From an uncultured Myxococcales bacterium (lineage in GTDB: Bacteria; Myxococcota_A; Bradymonadia; UBA4248), in assembly GCA_964454015.1 (NCBI GenBank), contig CAYVQF010000008.1, forward strand, positions 99,258 through 163,257: DNA of 64,000 nt, written 5' to 3'. Shown here piece after piece: positions 57,401 to 64,000 of the stretch (position 1 is its first letter; each line of letters opens with the position of its first letter). A program made the position numbers and the translations under genes. Below the pieces are notes generated by a model. The model was not told the DNA's origin and searched no databases. It saw only the letters and a list, made by a program, of their open reading frames with translations.

Positions 57401-58880
57401 TGTCCAAGGTTTGAGCGGGTGCCAAGTAGACACCGCAGAAGAAGGTGCCCGTGTTGTCCGTGCCCAGGTTGGCCACTTCGAAGCTGATGTCCAGGCGGCC
57501 ACCGAGGAAGGAAACCAAGGGGCTGGCCGTGAGGTCTTGGACGGCGATATCGATCTGTGACGGCGGCTGTCCTTCGACGGTGATGGCTTCTGCCGACGCG
57601 GCGACGTTGTTGAGCTCGTTGCTCTCCTCGACGTCGTTGAAGAGGTCCGTCTTGACCAGGATCCAGTATTGGCCAGGGATGTAGATATCCTGCGGGAGGC
57701 GGAACTTGAGGTTGGCGAGGATCTGCCGTCCACCGGCGCTGATGGGAAGAATGGTCCCTCGGCCGACCTCGATGTCTTCGGGGTCGAGGATTTTGTCGTT
57801 GCGCGAGAGGTAGACGGCGTAGGTCGAAGCGCCAGCATCGCTCTCGCCGGTGTTGTGCACCTCGAAGCCGACATAGACCTCTTTGAGGATGTTGGTGTTG
57901 CGTGGGTTGGCCAGGACCGAGAGGGGCTTGAGGTCCGGTAGTTCACTCACTTGGGCCAAGGTAAATCCAGTGGTGCCGACGCGGAAGTTGTTGCTCTTGC
58001 TTTGCTCGACCACATTGAGATCAGGGCGCGCCTCGTTGGGGGGATCGACGTAGATGGCTGGGTACCAAGTCTTGCCCTGCATCAAGGCCAAGGTTTTGTC
58101 ACACTCGTCGACTTCGGCCCGGGGGTCGCAGACGGCGACCGTGACCGAGCCCTGATGCGAGTCGCCAGCGCTCAGGCCATCGGCGACGCGATACATGGTG
58201 ACCTTGCGGGCCACGGCGCTGTCGACGAGTTGGCTGGCCTGGAGGTCCAAACGGGAGACCAGATACACGTCGACATCGAAGGGGCGGGTGACGCTGGTGC
58301 CGTTGTTGAGGATCTGGAAGGTGATGGGGAAGGTCTCGTCGTGGCCGATTTCCGTTCTGGAGACCGAGGCCTGGACGGCGATGAGATCAGGCAGCGCCAA
58401 GGCCTCGATGTCGATCACCTGCTCGGTCGAGGCGATTTCAATGACGTCGCCTTGGGCGGGGTCGCTGTTGGAGTTGCTGATGTCAACGGCTTTGGCGCGA
58501 ATGGTGTACCGCCCAGGCGTGGTGTAGAGGTGGGTGATGGTGGCGGTGCGCTGTTCGGGGATGAGCTCTGCCTCGAGGTTGTCCGGATCGGGTTCAGCAG
58601 GGAGCAGCGTCTGGGTGAGACGGCTCCCCTGTTGGCCATCGCCGAAATCGAAGTCCGCCGAGACCGTGGCCCGGGGGTCGTTGGTCTCGAAGCGGAAGGT
58701 GATGGTCACGCTCAGGGGCGCGTGACCTTGGCGGGGGGTGGCGTTCAAGGAGAAAGCTCTGACGCCGGCCTCGGCTTTGGGGAGCGGCTCGGCAGACGGC
58801 TTCGACTCATCACAGCCCATCCAAGTGAAGCAAAGGGCCAGCCACAGAACGTAGTGAAGTCTTGGTCGAAGCAGCGCCAT
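54492..58880 (-). CDS. Giant cell-surface lipoprotein with multiple CARDB-like repeats and two PPC (pre-peptidase C-terminal) domains
   Basis: Lipoprotein signal MALLRPRLHYVLWLALCFTWMGC. At least 5 repeats end in the CARDB-type E-x-NE-x-NN motif (ESNELNNVA, ITKDNNIAG, AETNETNNIA, VTETNENNNT, SEINETNNTA). Two PPC-like domains are present (DFYAFDAGQGDTVQVTL...YQLRV and DFYAIGVAPGHTITVRI...YRLQV). The track ORF extends to 59042. Confidence 0.8.
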   Translation of the reverse strand: MALLRPRLHYVLWLALCFTWMGCDESKPSAEPLPKAEAGVRAFSLNATPRQGHAPLSVTITFRFETNDPRATVSADFDFGDGQQGSRLTQTLLPAEPDPDNLEAELIPEQRTATITHLYTTPGRYTIRAKAVDISNSNSDPAQGDVIEIASTEQVIDIEALALPDLIAVQASVSRTEIGHDETFPITFQILNNGTSVTRPFDVDVYLVSRLDLQASQLVDSAVARKVTMYRVADGLSAGDSHQGSVTVAVCDPRAEVDECDKTLALMQGKTWYPAIYVDPPNEARPDLNVVEQSKSNNFRVGTTGFTLAQVSELPDLKPLSVLANPRNTNILKEVYVGFEVHNTGESDAGASTYAVYLSRNDKILDPEDIEVGRGTILPISAGGRQILANLKFRLPQDIYIPGQYWILVKTDLFNDVEESNELNNVAASAEAITVEGQPPSQIDIAVQDLTASPLVSFLGGRLDISFEVANLGTDNTGTFFCGVYLAPAQTLDMAQATFLAQVGTDNLPGGLRLPFERQLLVPNSLTPGTYYVFVFCDHRNQISEITKDNNIAGPSPAITINALPQVDYVVQDLLVKPTAATEDGALFFLGNVCNQGSDAAGPVAIRGVINPGNAIGATGDIIVATGATTQMVLQPGACEPFEISGKINCLPFVDTYTAGVIVDPTNQVAETNETNNIATFTTPVVVSGGTLCACIEDSYEGSGNNSESEATLLTLQNNLIVINDLGLCDARDFYAFDAGQGDTVQVTLTFDRTLGELDLRLYNATNPASPFTAPGSTGTKTLSHVVTATGTTRLYVEVLPRIAGVKNYYQLRVQITPAPREPDLIVDSVTLQGGTYPPYHLPFVFEAVVRNNGLDPAFNFEVGAWFSRNTTLDAQDLPIPPLFVNELAPYATTTLRFEVPFPDEIVAGTQYVIVKADSGEVVTETNENNNTRVSSSFIVDTACVVDYLEGDPDNDVFDRATRVDVAPALQRWDDLNVCTAGRDDFYLVCAPAHEVFNHAAVYQIDQSSSSTLEVALYRRDRSAIGSAFSTTDAIISVAVPPNTCTGDADCFGGETCIDNRCQDTQGDRCLYMQVKIRSAVSSVTSRDYSLVFDRVEPNQLGEPMNDVQNTAVPFSMALNTLAAGAVHAHAGVDQDWYTVELKAGTAFTARLHGGDSRLRLDVVNIGTTATVLPGKERAFTVPTTPASRQVWFKVYKSSGTEPTSAYRLELEGLEGIDLVVKDFQTDLGIVARNDAVLASWTLANDRMLSAGPVHYSYVLSKFETPHASDVPVATYIETSLPGFTSTSISQKVYLDVPRSVFGDFNFMVHVDPDDLYSEINETNNTAFQPLTLLHDCLPDDLEPNNSIGTATLLTLPGQDHVDDALTLCPSDVDFYAIGVAPGHTITVRIDQMEVYTFGDLDLFLYDDSANLLARSDQIHTPWEEVTYVYNGTEETFFYVRVVGFRPESSNVYRLQVVSQAP

Positions 58881-59140
58881 TGTTTGGCCTCCTGATAGGC
58901 ATCCCAGAGTCATCTGCCCCCAAGCCCCGGTCATGTCCGGTACTCCACGCGTTCGAGGCATGGGCACATGAGGCTCCACTATAGCGTTCGCCGCTGCAAT
59001 TTCAATCAGGTCATGGCCTTTGCATTTTTCGGTGTCGGCCATAGCGGCGAATGGCGACCAGCGGCTGGCTTTTCAGACGGGGCGCGTTCGCATAAAAGCA
59101 ATGACCTGGTTCCTCGGAGGAGGAGCCGCGGACGCGTGCC

Positions 59141-60121
59141 GTGAGGAGGAGCGAATCGTTGGCGGTGACAGACGTGGCAGAGACCGAGCTGAATCAGCTA
59201 CAGCGGCTTTGTAAGAACATTGGCTTGGCCGTACGCGGCAAGGATGAGGTCATCCGCCTGGCGGTGACGGGGTTGTTGGCTGAGGGGCACTTGCTGATCG
59301 AGGATATTCCCGGCGTAGGCAAGACCACATTGGCGCGCGCCATTGCGCGCTCCCTCGACCTACCCATGCGGCGCATTCAATTCACGGCAGACCTGCTGCC
59401 GAGTGATATCATTGGGGTGTCCATCTACGACGAGGCCCAAGGAAGCTTTGTCTTTCACCGCGGTCCAGTCTTTCACGCCGTGGTGCTGGCAGACGAGATC
59501 AACCGCGCGGGGCCGCGCACGCAGTCGGCCCTGCTCGAGGCCATGGATGAGCGCCAGGTGACAGTGGACAACGCGACCTATCCCTTGCCGCGTCCCTTCA
59601 TCGTGTTGGCGACTCAGAACCCGCTGGAGGTGCACGGCACCTTTCCGCTGCCCGAAAGTCAGCTCGATCGTTTTCTGTTGCGCCTGGGACTGGGCTACCC
59701 CGACGCCGACACGGAGCGCGCGCTTCTGGCGGCGCGCGGGCGCAAGGAACCCGTCGAATCGCTAGAGCCGGTCATGCGTGCGCAGGACCTAGAAGTGTTG
59801 ATGGATGCTGTCGATGAGGTGCATGTCGAGCCATCCTTGGTGGATGCCCTGCTGGCCATCGCCGAGGCGACTCGGCGTCACCCACGGATCGAGGTGGGCA
59901 TCTCGACCCGGGCGGCGCTGACGACGCTGCGTGCCACAAGGGCCCATGCCCTCGTCGAGGGGCGGCGCTTTGCCCTGCCCGACGATCTGCTCAGCGTGGT
60001 GGTCCCGGCCCTGGCGCACCGGATGCGCTTGGCGGGATCCACCTCCTTCAGCGGCGCCCTGCGCATGGAGGCAGAGCGCCTGCTGCGAGAGATCGTCGCC
60101 AAGACACCGATGCCACAGTGA
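59141..60121 (+). CDS. MoxR-family AAA+ ATPase
   Basis: Motifs GHLLIEDIPGVGKTTLARAIA, VVLADEINRAGPRTQSALLEAM and VLATQNP. GTG start. An alternative TTG lies at 59159. Confidence 0.85.
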   Translation: MRRSESLAVTDVAETELNQLQRLCKNIGLAVRGKDEVIRLAVTGLLAEGHLLIEDIPGVGKTTLARAIARSLDLPMRRIQFTADLLPSDIIGVSIYDEAQGSFVFHRGPVFHAVVLADEINRAGPRTQSALLEAMDERQVTVDNATYPLPRPFIVLATQNPLEVHGTFPLPESQLDRFLLRLGLGYPDADTERALLAARGRKEPVESLEPVMRAQDLEVLMDAVDEVHVEPSLVDALLAIAEATRRHPRIEVGISTRAALTTLRATRAHALVEGRRFALPDDLLSVVVPALAHRMRLAGSTSFSGALRMEAERLLREIVAKTPMPQ

Positions 60122-60185
60122 TGACCTTGTTTTGCCGGATGCGGCACGTCTTCCTACACAGGAGTGCAATGGAGATGAAGAAGTC

Positions 60186-61625
60186 ATGAGTGACGTTGCT
60201 GATTTCGACCACTGGTTGGCGCGTATTCGTCCGTGCATAGGCCCAGTGGTACTCGAGCGCTTGCGCATGGACATCACGCCGGTCGAGCTGGCGGCGCGCC
60301 TGTGCCAAGTGCCTGGCTTCGCGTATCTCGATGGCGGAGACGGGGCCCTAGGTGAGCCCATGTCGGTGCTGGCGTGGCGGCCGCGCTGGACGTTGCAGGG
60401 GTGGGGCAAGGCGCTGCGGCTGCGCGACCATCGCGATGACCGGGCCCTTGACTGGGAGGATGATCCCCTCAGGGTGCTCGACGCGCTGTCACAGCGCTGT
60501 ACCCGGGCGCAGCCGCTCTATGCCCATGGCGCCATCGGTTGCGTAGCATTCGAGGCCCTCCATGACGCGACCCATGGGCGCAGCCCTGAGGGCGCCGTCA
60601 ATGTGGAGGGCATGGATCTTCCCGATCTACATCTGTCTTTTTACGAATCCTTTTTGGTCTTTTGCCATGCGACACGGGTTTGGCGCCTCTACATCACGCC
60701 TCTCGGTGATGGACTGGACAGCCGGCGCATCGTGCCAGAGGTGGACGCCGAGATCGCGGCGGCCCTCCAGCGCGAAGGCACTTGGCCTGTGGTGGGGGGG
60801 CGCGGCCACTGGACCTGTGCCTTGCCCTATGCCTCGTTTCTCGAGCGGGTGCGCGCCATCTCCGATCGTTTGGCCGAAGGTGAAGCGGAGCAGATTCAGT
60901 TCGCCGTGCCCTTTGGCGTCGACCTCGCGGGCGAGCCTTTTGCCTTTTATCGCGCCCTGCGTCGTGGTGTTGGTGGACGCTATGGTGCCTACTTGCGCGT
61001 CGGGGATGCCCATATCCTCTGCGCGTCACCGGCATCGCTGCTTCGCCGCTGCGGCAAGAGTCTGGCGCTCATGCCCTTCGACGATCTTCGCCCCCGGGCC
61101 AATGACCTCCGGGCGGACGAGGCGCGAGATCTGGCGGTGTGGCAGTGTGAGCGCGAGGCCGGACTCTTGACAGGGAGAGTCGAGGAAGCACGACGGGCGA
61201 TGGCCCAACTCTGCGCGCCGGGCACGGTGCAAGTTGCCAGTAGCCGGCGCCTGGTGAAGGTGGCCTGCCAGAGCTTCATCGAGGCCGAGCTCAGTGGGAA
61301 AGTCACGACGAGGACGGGGGCAGGCACCATCCTGGGCGCGGCTTTTCCCAGTGGGGCTGGTTGTGGGCTGCCGCGGGAGGCGGCCCTGGGGATCATCGCC
61401 GCGGAAGAAGGCTACCGACGCCACTTCTATGCTGGCGCCGTGGGGTGGCTGGGTTTCAACGGCGACCTTGCCATGAACACGGCTCTGAACCTCGGTGTGG
61501 TGCAGGGTCAGCGGCTGCGCTTTCACGCCGACGTCACGGTGCGAGCCGATACCGACGAGGAAGAGGCCTACCGGGAGTGTCTGGCGCGAGCCGTCGCTTG
61601 GCGCATCGCCCTCGGGGACATGTGA
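60186..61625 (+). CDS. Chorismate-binding-enzyme homologue (PabB/TrpE fold) with a degenerate catalytic motif
   Basis: The C-terminal region aligns with ADC/anthranilate synthase component I: FPSGAGCGLPREAALGIIAAEE, RRHFYAGAVGWLGFNGDLAMNTALN and the terminal E-E-E-A-Y. The canonical GAPK reads GLPR. Start MSDVADF, the internal ATG of ORF 59931-61625. Confidence 0.65.
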   Translation: MSDVADFDHWLARIRPCIGPVVLERLRMDITPVELAARLCQVPGFAYLDGGDGALGEPMSVLAWRPRWTLQGWGKALRLRDHRDDRALDWEDDPLRVLDALSQRCTRAQPLYAHGAIGCVAFEALHDATHGRSPEGAVNVEGMDLPDLHLSFYESFLVFCHATRVWRLYITPLGDGLDSRRIVPEVDAEIAAALQREGTWPVVGGRGHWTCALPYASFLERVRAISDRLAEGEAEQIQFAVPFGVDLAGEPFAFYRALRRGVGGRYGAYLRVGDAHILCASPASLLRRCGKSLALMPFDDLRPRANDLRADEARDLAVWQCEREAGLLTGRVEEARRAMAQLCAPGTVQVASSRRLVKVACQSFIEAELSGKVTTRTGAGTILGAAFPSGAGCGLPREAALGIIAAEEGYRRHFYAGAVGWLGFNGDLAMNTALNLGVVQGQRLRFHADVTVRADTDEEEAYRECLARAVAWRIALGDM

Positions 61626-61708
61626 ATTGAGGCAGGTGGATCCAGAGCGTGAGATCGTCGGCCGATGCTGAGGCAGGTGGCGGCGCAACACGCGGGGAGG
61701 GGAAGAAG

Positions 61709-62377
61709 GTGACAACAGTGACGGTGGAAGTGGTGAAGAGTTTGCTGTCGGCGAATGACGCCGTTGCGCTGCGCAACCGCGCTCGCCTTGATCAGGCTGG
61801 CCTGCTGGGCGTGAACCTCATGAGTGCCCCAGGGAGCGGCAAGACCACGCTCCTGGCTCGGACCATGAACTCGCTTGGGGCGGCGGCGCCGTGTGGGGTC
61901 TTGGTCGGCGACCTCCAGACCTCGCGCGATGCCGAGAGGTTGGCCGATCACGCGGCGGTGGTGCACCAGATCAACACGGGCAAAGGCTGCCACTTGACGG
62001 CGACTCAGGTCGAGAACGCGCTGGGGCAGATCGCCATACAAGGTCTGGCTTTCCTGTTCATCGAGAACGTGGGCAACATGGTCTGCCCGGCGACCTATGC
62101 CCTCGGGGAGCGCCGGCGGGTGGCGCTGCTGAGCGTGACCGAAGGGGACGACAAGGTGCTCAAGTATCCGACCTTGTTTCAGGCGGTCGATGCGGTGTTG
62201 TTGACCAAGATCGATCTACTCCAGGTGTTGGATTTCGATGTGCAGCGCGTGGAGGACGATCTGCGACAGCTCAACGCCCACGTCCCCCTCTTGCAACTTT
62301 CGACGCGCTCTGGTGAGGGTTTCGCGCGCTGGTTGACGTGGCTGCACGATATGCGCGCTGAGATCCAATTTTCTTGA
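61709..62377 (+). CDS. hypB: Hydrogenase nickel incorporation GTPase HypB (G3E family)
   Basis: Motifs NLMSAPGSGKTTLL, VGDLQTSRDAERL, CHLTA, ENVGNMVCPATYALGE and KYPTLF closely match HypB. GTG 61709 is preceded by GGGAGGGG. The track ORF starts at GTG 61649. Confidence 0.8.
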   Translation: MTTVTVEVVKSLLSANDAVALRNRARLDQAGLLGVNLMSAPGSGKTTLLARTMNSLGAAAPCGVLVGDLQTSRDAERLADHAAVVHQINTGKGCHLTATQVENALGQIAIQGLAFLFIENVGNMVCPATYALGERRRVALLSVTEGDDKVLKYPTLFQAVDAVLLTKIDLLQVLDFDVQRVEDDLRQLNAHVPLLQLSTRSGEGFARWLTWLHDMRAEIQFS

Positions 62378-63112
62378 CAGGGCTGACCTCCTGTCAGATA
62401 AGGATGGTTGTTCGATGCGTCTAACAGCATCGTGGCAGGGTTGAAGTGCAACATGTGGCGTCCTTCCGTTGTAAAAGTCATCGCTTGCTTGGCCTGCGCC
62501 CTCCTACTGCAAGGGTGGGTGGAGGTGTTGGCCGATGCGTTGACCCAAAGTCACCAGTGGAATGCGGCGCAGCAGCGCTTTGATCATGTGGTGCTAGTCG
62601 GCACGGCGACAGGGCCGCAGTTGCCGAGTCCGCGTGCCGCCCTCGACGCCGAGGGGCGCGATTTCGAGCTCCATGCGGTGCCTTGTTTGGCATTGGCACA
62701 TTTCAACCTGTGCCACACGAGCCTGCTGAGCGCGCCAGGGATGCTGACGGTGCTGCAGGCGCCGCCCGTGCTGACATCGCCGCATCGCACGCCGGTACGC
62801 TATCCCATACAGCGAACCTTGGCGTTGGCGCCCAAGACCTCGCCGCCCAGCGCTTGAGGCAGCGTTGCTGAGGGCCATCTGCTCTGGCTGCGCGACAGAC
62901 TAGGGTTGCGCGACGTGTTTGAGCACCGTCCGGACTTGTGCGGGGCGCTTGTGTTCTCCGAAAGCCCAGGTGCCTAGCGCCAGCAAGGCGGCCCTGCTGA
63001 GGTGATGGCCGAGGAATGGCTGTGCAGGCGTGCGCGGGAGGCGTGATGAGCGCTGGACCTGGGCGCGTCCGCTGAGAGATCGATCCCGAGTTGGGTAGAG
63101 GAGTTAGGCGAG

Positions 63113-63823
63113 ATGATGGAGTTGATGGAAAAGGGCGGGGTGATGATGCTGCCCATCATGGTGTCGTCGGTGTTGGCCCTGGCGGTGATCGTCGAGCGCG
63201 CACTGGCCTTCAGCAGAAATCGCTCCTTTGGTGAGGCTGCGTGGCGACGTCTGCTCGACAAGGTGCGCGCCGGAGACTCGGCGGGCGCCGTGGCGGATCT
63301 CAGCGATAAACGTCGTCCGACGGCGGTGTTGCTCAAGGCCGTGTTGATGGTCGATGGGGACGCCGAGGGGCGGGCCAAGCGCGCCTCCTTGGAGGGAGAT
63401 GAGATCCTGCGGCGGATGAGCCAGAGGGTCGAGTGGCTGGCCATTATTGGGGCCCTCACCCCGCTGATGGGTTTGCTGGGGACAGTGGTGGGGATGATTC
63501 GCGTGTTTTCGAATGTGGCTGCCGTGGGTGATGTCAACGACATCTCGCTGTTGGCGGGTGGGATCTGGGAGGCGTTGTTGACCACGGCCGCGGGTTTGGC
63601 CGTGGCCTTGCCGGTGTTGATTACTTACCACGCGCTCCAGGGAAAAATAGACGCCTACGCTTTCGAAATGCGGAAGTATGGCGAAGAGCTGATTCTGTTG
63701 CTCCAGGGCCTGCCGAGTCGCTCCGTGGTAGCGCTGCGGCGGGAGGCCGGTGGTGCAGATGACGCGCCGCAGACCTTGGTGCGGTCCGGTGTGGGTGCGG
63801 ACGCCACTGCCGAGGGGGCATAA
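63113..63823 (+). CDS. MotA/TolQ/ExbB proton-channel family protein
   Basis: Three TM helices with the conserved C-terminal GLLGTVVGMIRVF...AAGLAVALPVLITYHAL region. Confidence 0.8.
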   Translation: MMELMEKGGVMMLPIMVSSVLALAVIVERALAFSRNRSFGEAAWRRLLDKVRAGDSAGAVADLSDKRRPTAVLLKAVLMVDGDAEGRAKRASLEGDEILRRMSQRVEWLAIIGALTPLMGLLGTVVGMIRVFSNVAAVGDVNDISLLAGGIWEALLTTAAGLAVALPVLITYHALQGKIDAYAFEMRKYGEELILLLQGLPSRSVVALRREAGGADDAPQTLVRSGVGADATAEGA

Positions 63824-63825
63824 CG

Positions 63826-64000
63826 ATGATCGCCTTTAGCAGCCGTCGCGCTCGGGCGCGTGGGGAGGTCAACCTCACGCCTATGATAGATATCATCTTC
63901 AACCTGCTGGTGTTTTTTTTGATTATCGCCGTGGTGTCTCAGCGCGGCATGGCCATCACCCTGCCCAAAGCCGACACGGCTGAGGCGCGCTCCGACGCGC
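63826..64000 (+). CDS. ExbD/TolR biopolymer transport protein, partial (runs off the window end)
   Basis: MIAFSSRRARARGEVNLTPMIDIIFNLLVFFLI is the characteristic N-terminus. It begins 3 nt after the ExbB-like stop. Confidence 0.7.
   Translation, partial: MIAFSSRRARARGEVNLTPMIDIIFNLLVFFLIIAVVSQRGMAITLPKADTAEARSDA

Noticed and set aside
55422-58895. Plus-strand ORFs (383 aa, 314 aa) and an alternate-frame minus ORF (57053-57946)
   Set aside because: They lie inside or antisense to the giant CARDB/PPC protein gene, whose repeat structure supports the annotated frame.
62408-62857. 149-aa ORF with a hydrophobic N-terminus between hypB and exbB
   Set aside because: There is no recognisable domain and only a weak start context. 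It could be a small periplasmic protein. I could not support it enough to list it as a feature.
1-64000. Search for tRNA/rRNA, CRISPR repeats, and IS or integrase-type mobile elements
   Set aside because: No repeat-spacer periodicity, no transposase or integrase-like ORFs, and no cloverleaf-like conserved tRNA boxes were seen in the intergenic regions inspected by eye. The absence of tRNAs cannot be proven without a covariance-model search.

Overview
This 64 kb window is a high-GC (about 63-66 %) chromosomal segment, and the gene content suggests a Myxococcota-like deltaproteobacterium. Supporting clues are many Ser/Thr-kinase/TPR/CARDB-type proteins, PilB, a Na+-pumping decarboxylase and a BamD lipoprotein. 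That taxonomic call is an inference only. I found no rRNA, tRNA, CRISPR array or obvious mobile element. Coding density is high on both strands.

Recognisable content, in order along the window:
- a partial secreted protein and an anti-sigma-like membrane protein;
- a standalone MshEN (c-di-GMP sensor) domain protein followed by the type IV pilus ATPase PilB;
- a 1265-aa Ser/Thr kinase-STAND NTPase-TPR protein;
- a TPR protein;
- a GT2 glycosyltransferase plus polysaccharide deacetylase pair;
- a large membrane protein with a C-terminal GT51 peptidoglycan transglycosylase domain;
- a bacterial homologue of eukaryotic N-terminal glutamine amidase (NTAQ1, WDYHV motif);
- pyrF, a SufS-like desulfurase, a fused eukaryote-type dihydropyrimidine dehydrogenase, nadC and bamD;
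- a SEC-C protein, a cNMP-binding protein and a VIT-VWA lipoprotein;
- a three-gene operon of an McrB-like AAA+ GTPase, a McrC-N-terminal-like protein without a nuclease domain, and a SixA-like histidine phosphatase;
- punA and rapZ;
- an operon of a split transketolase plus a RuBisCO-like protein (form IV RLP);
- a CoA-transferase plus a four-subunit Na+-translocating methylmalonyl-CoA-decarboxylase-type module;
- an rRNA m5C methyltransferase and the gap-pgk-tpiA glycolytic operon;
- a processive GT2 synthase and a UbiA (DPPR-synthase-like) prenyltransferase;
- a 1462-aa CARDB/PPC surface lipoprotein with a coupled small ORF;
- MoxR, a degenerate chorismate-binding-enzyme homologue, HypB, and ExbB/ExbD-like genes at the window end.

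The candidates I consider most novel are the McrB-like/McrC-N-like/phosphatase operon (30966-33466) and the transketolase-RLP operon (35492-38612).

Gene starts were refined from the six-frame ORF track by frame arithmetic and may be off by one alternative start codon.
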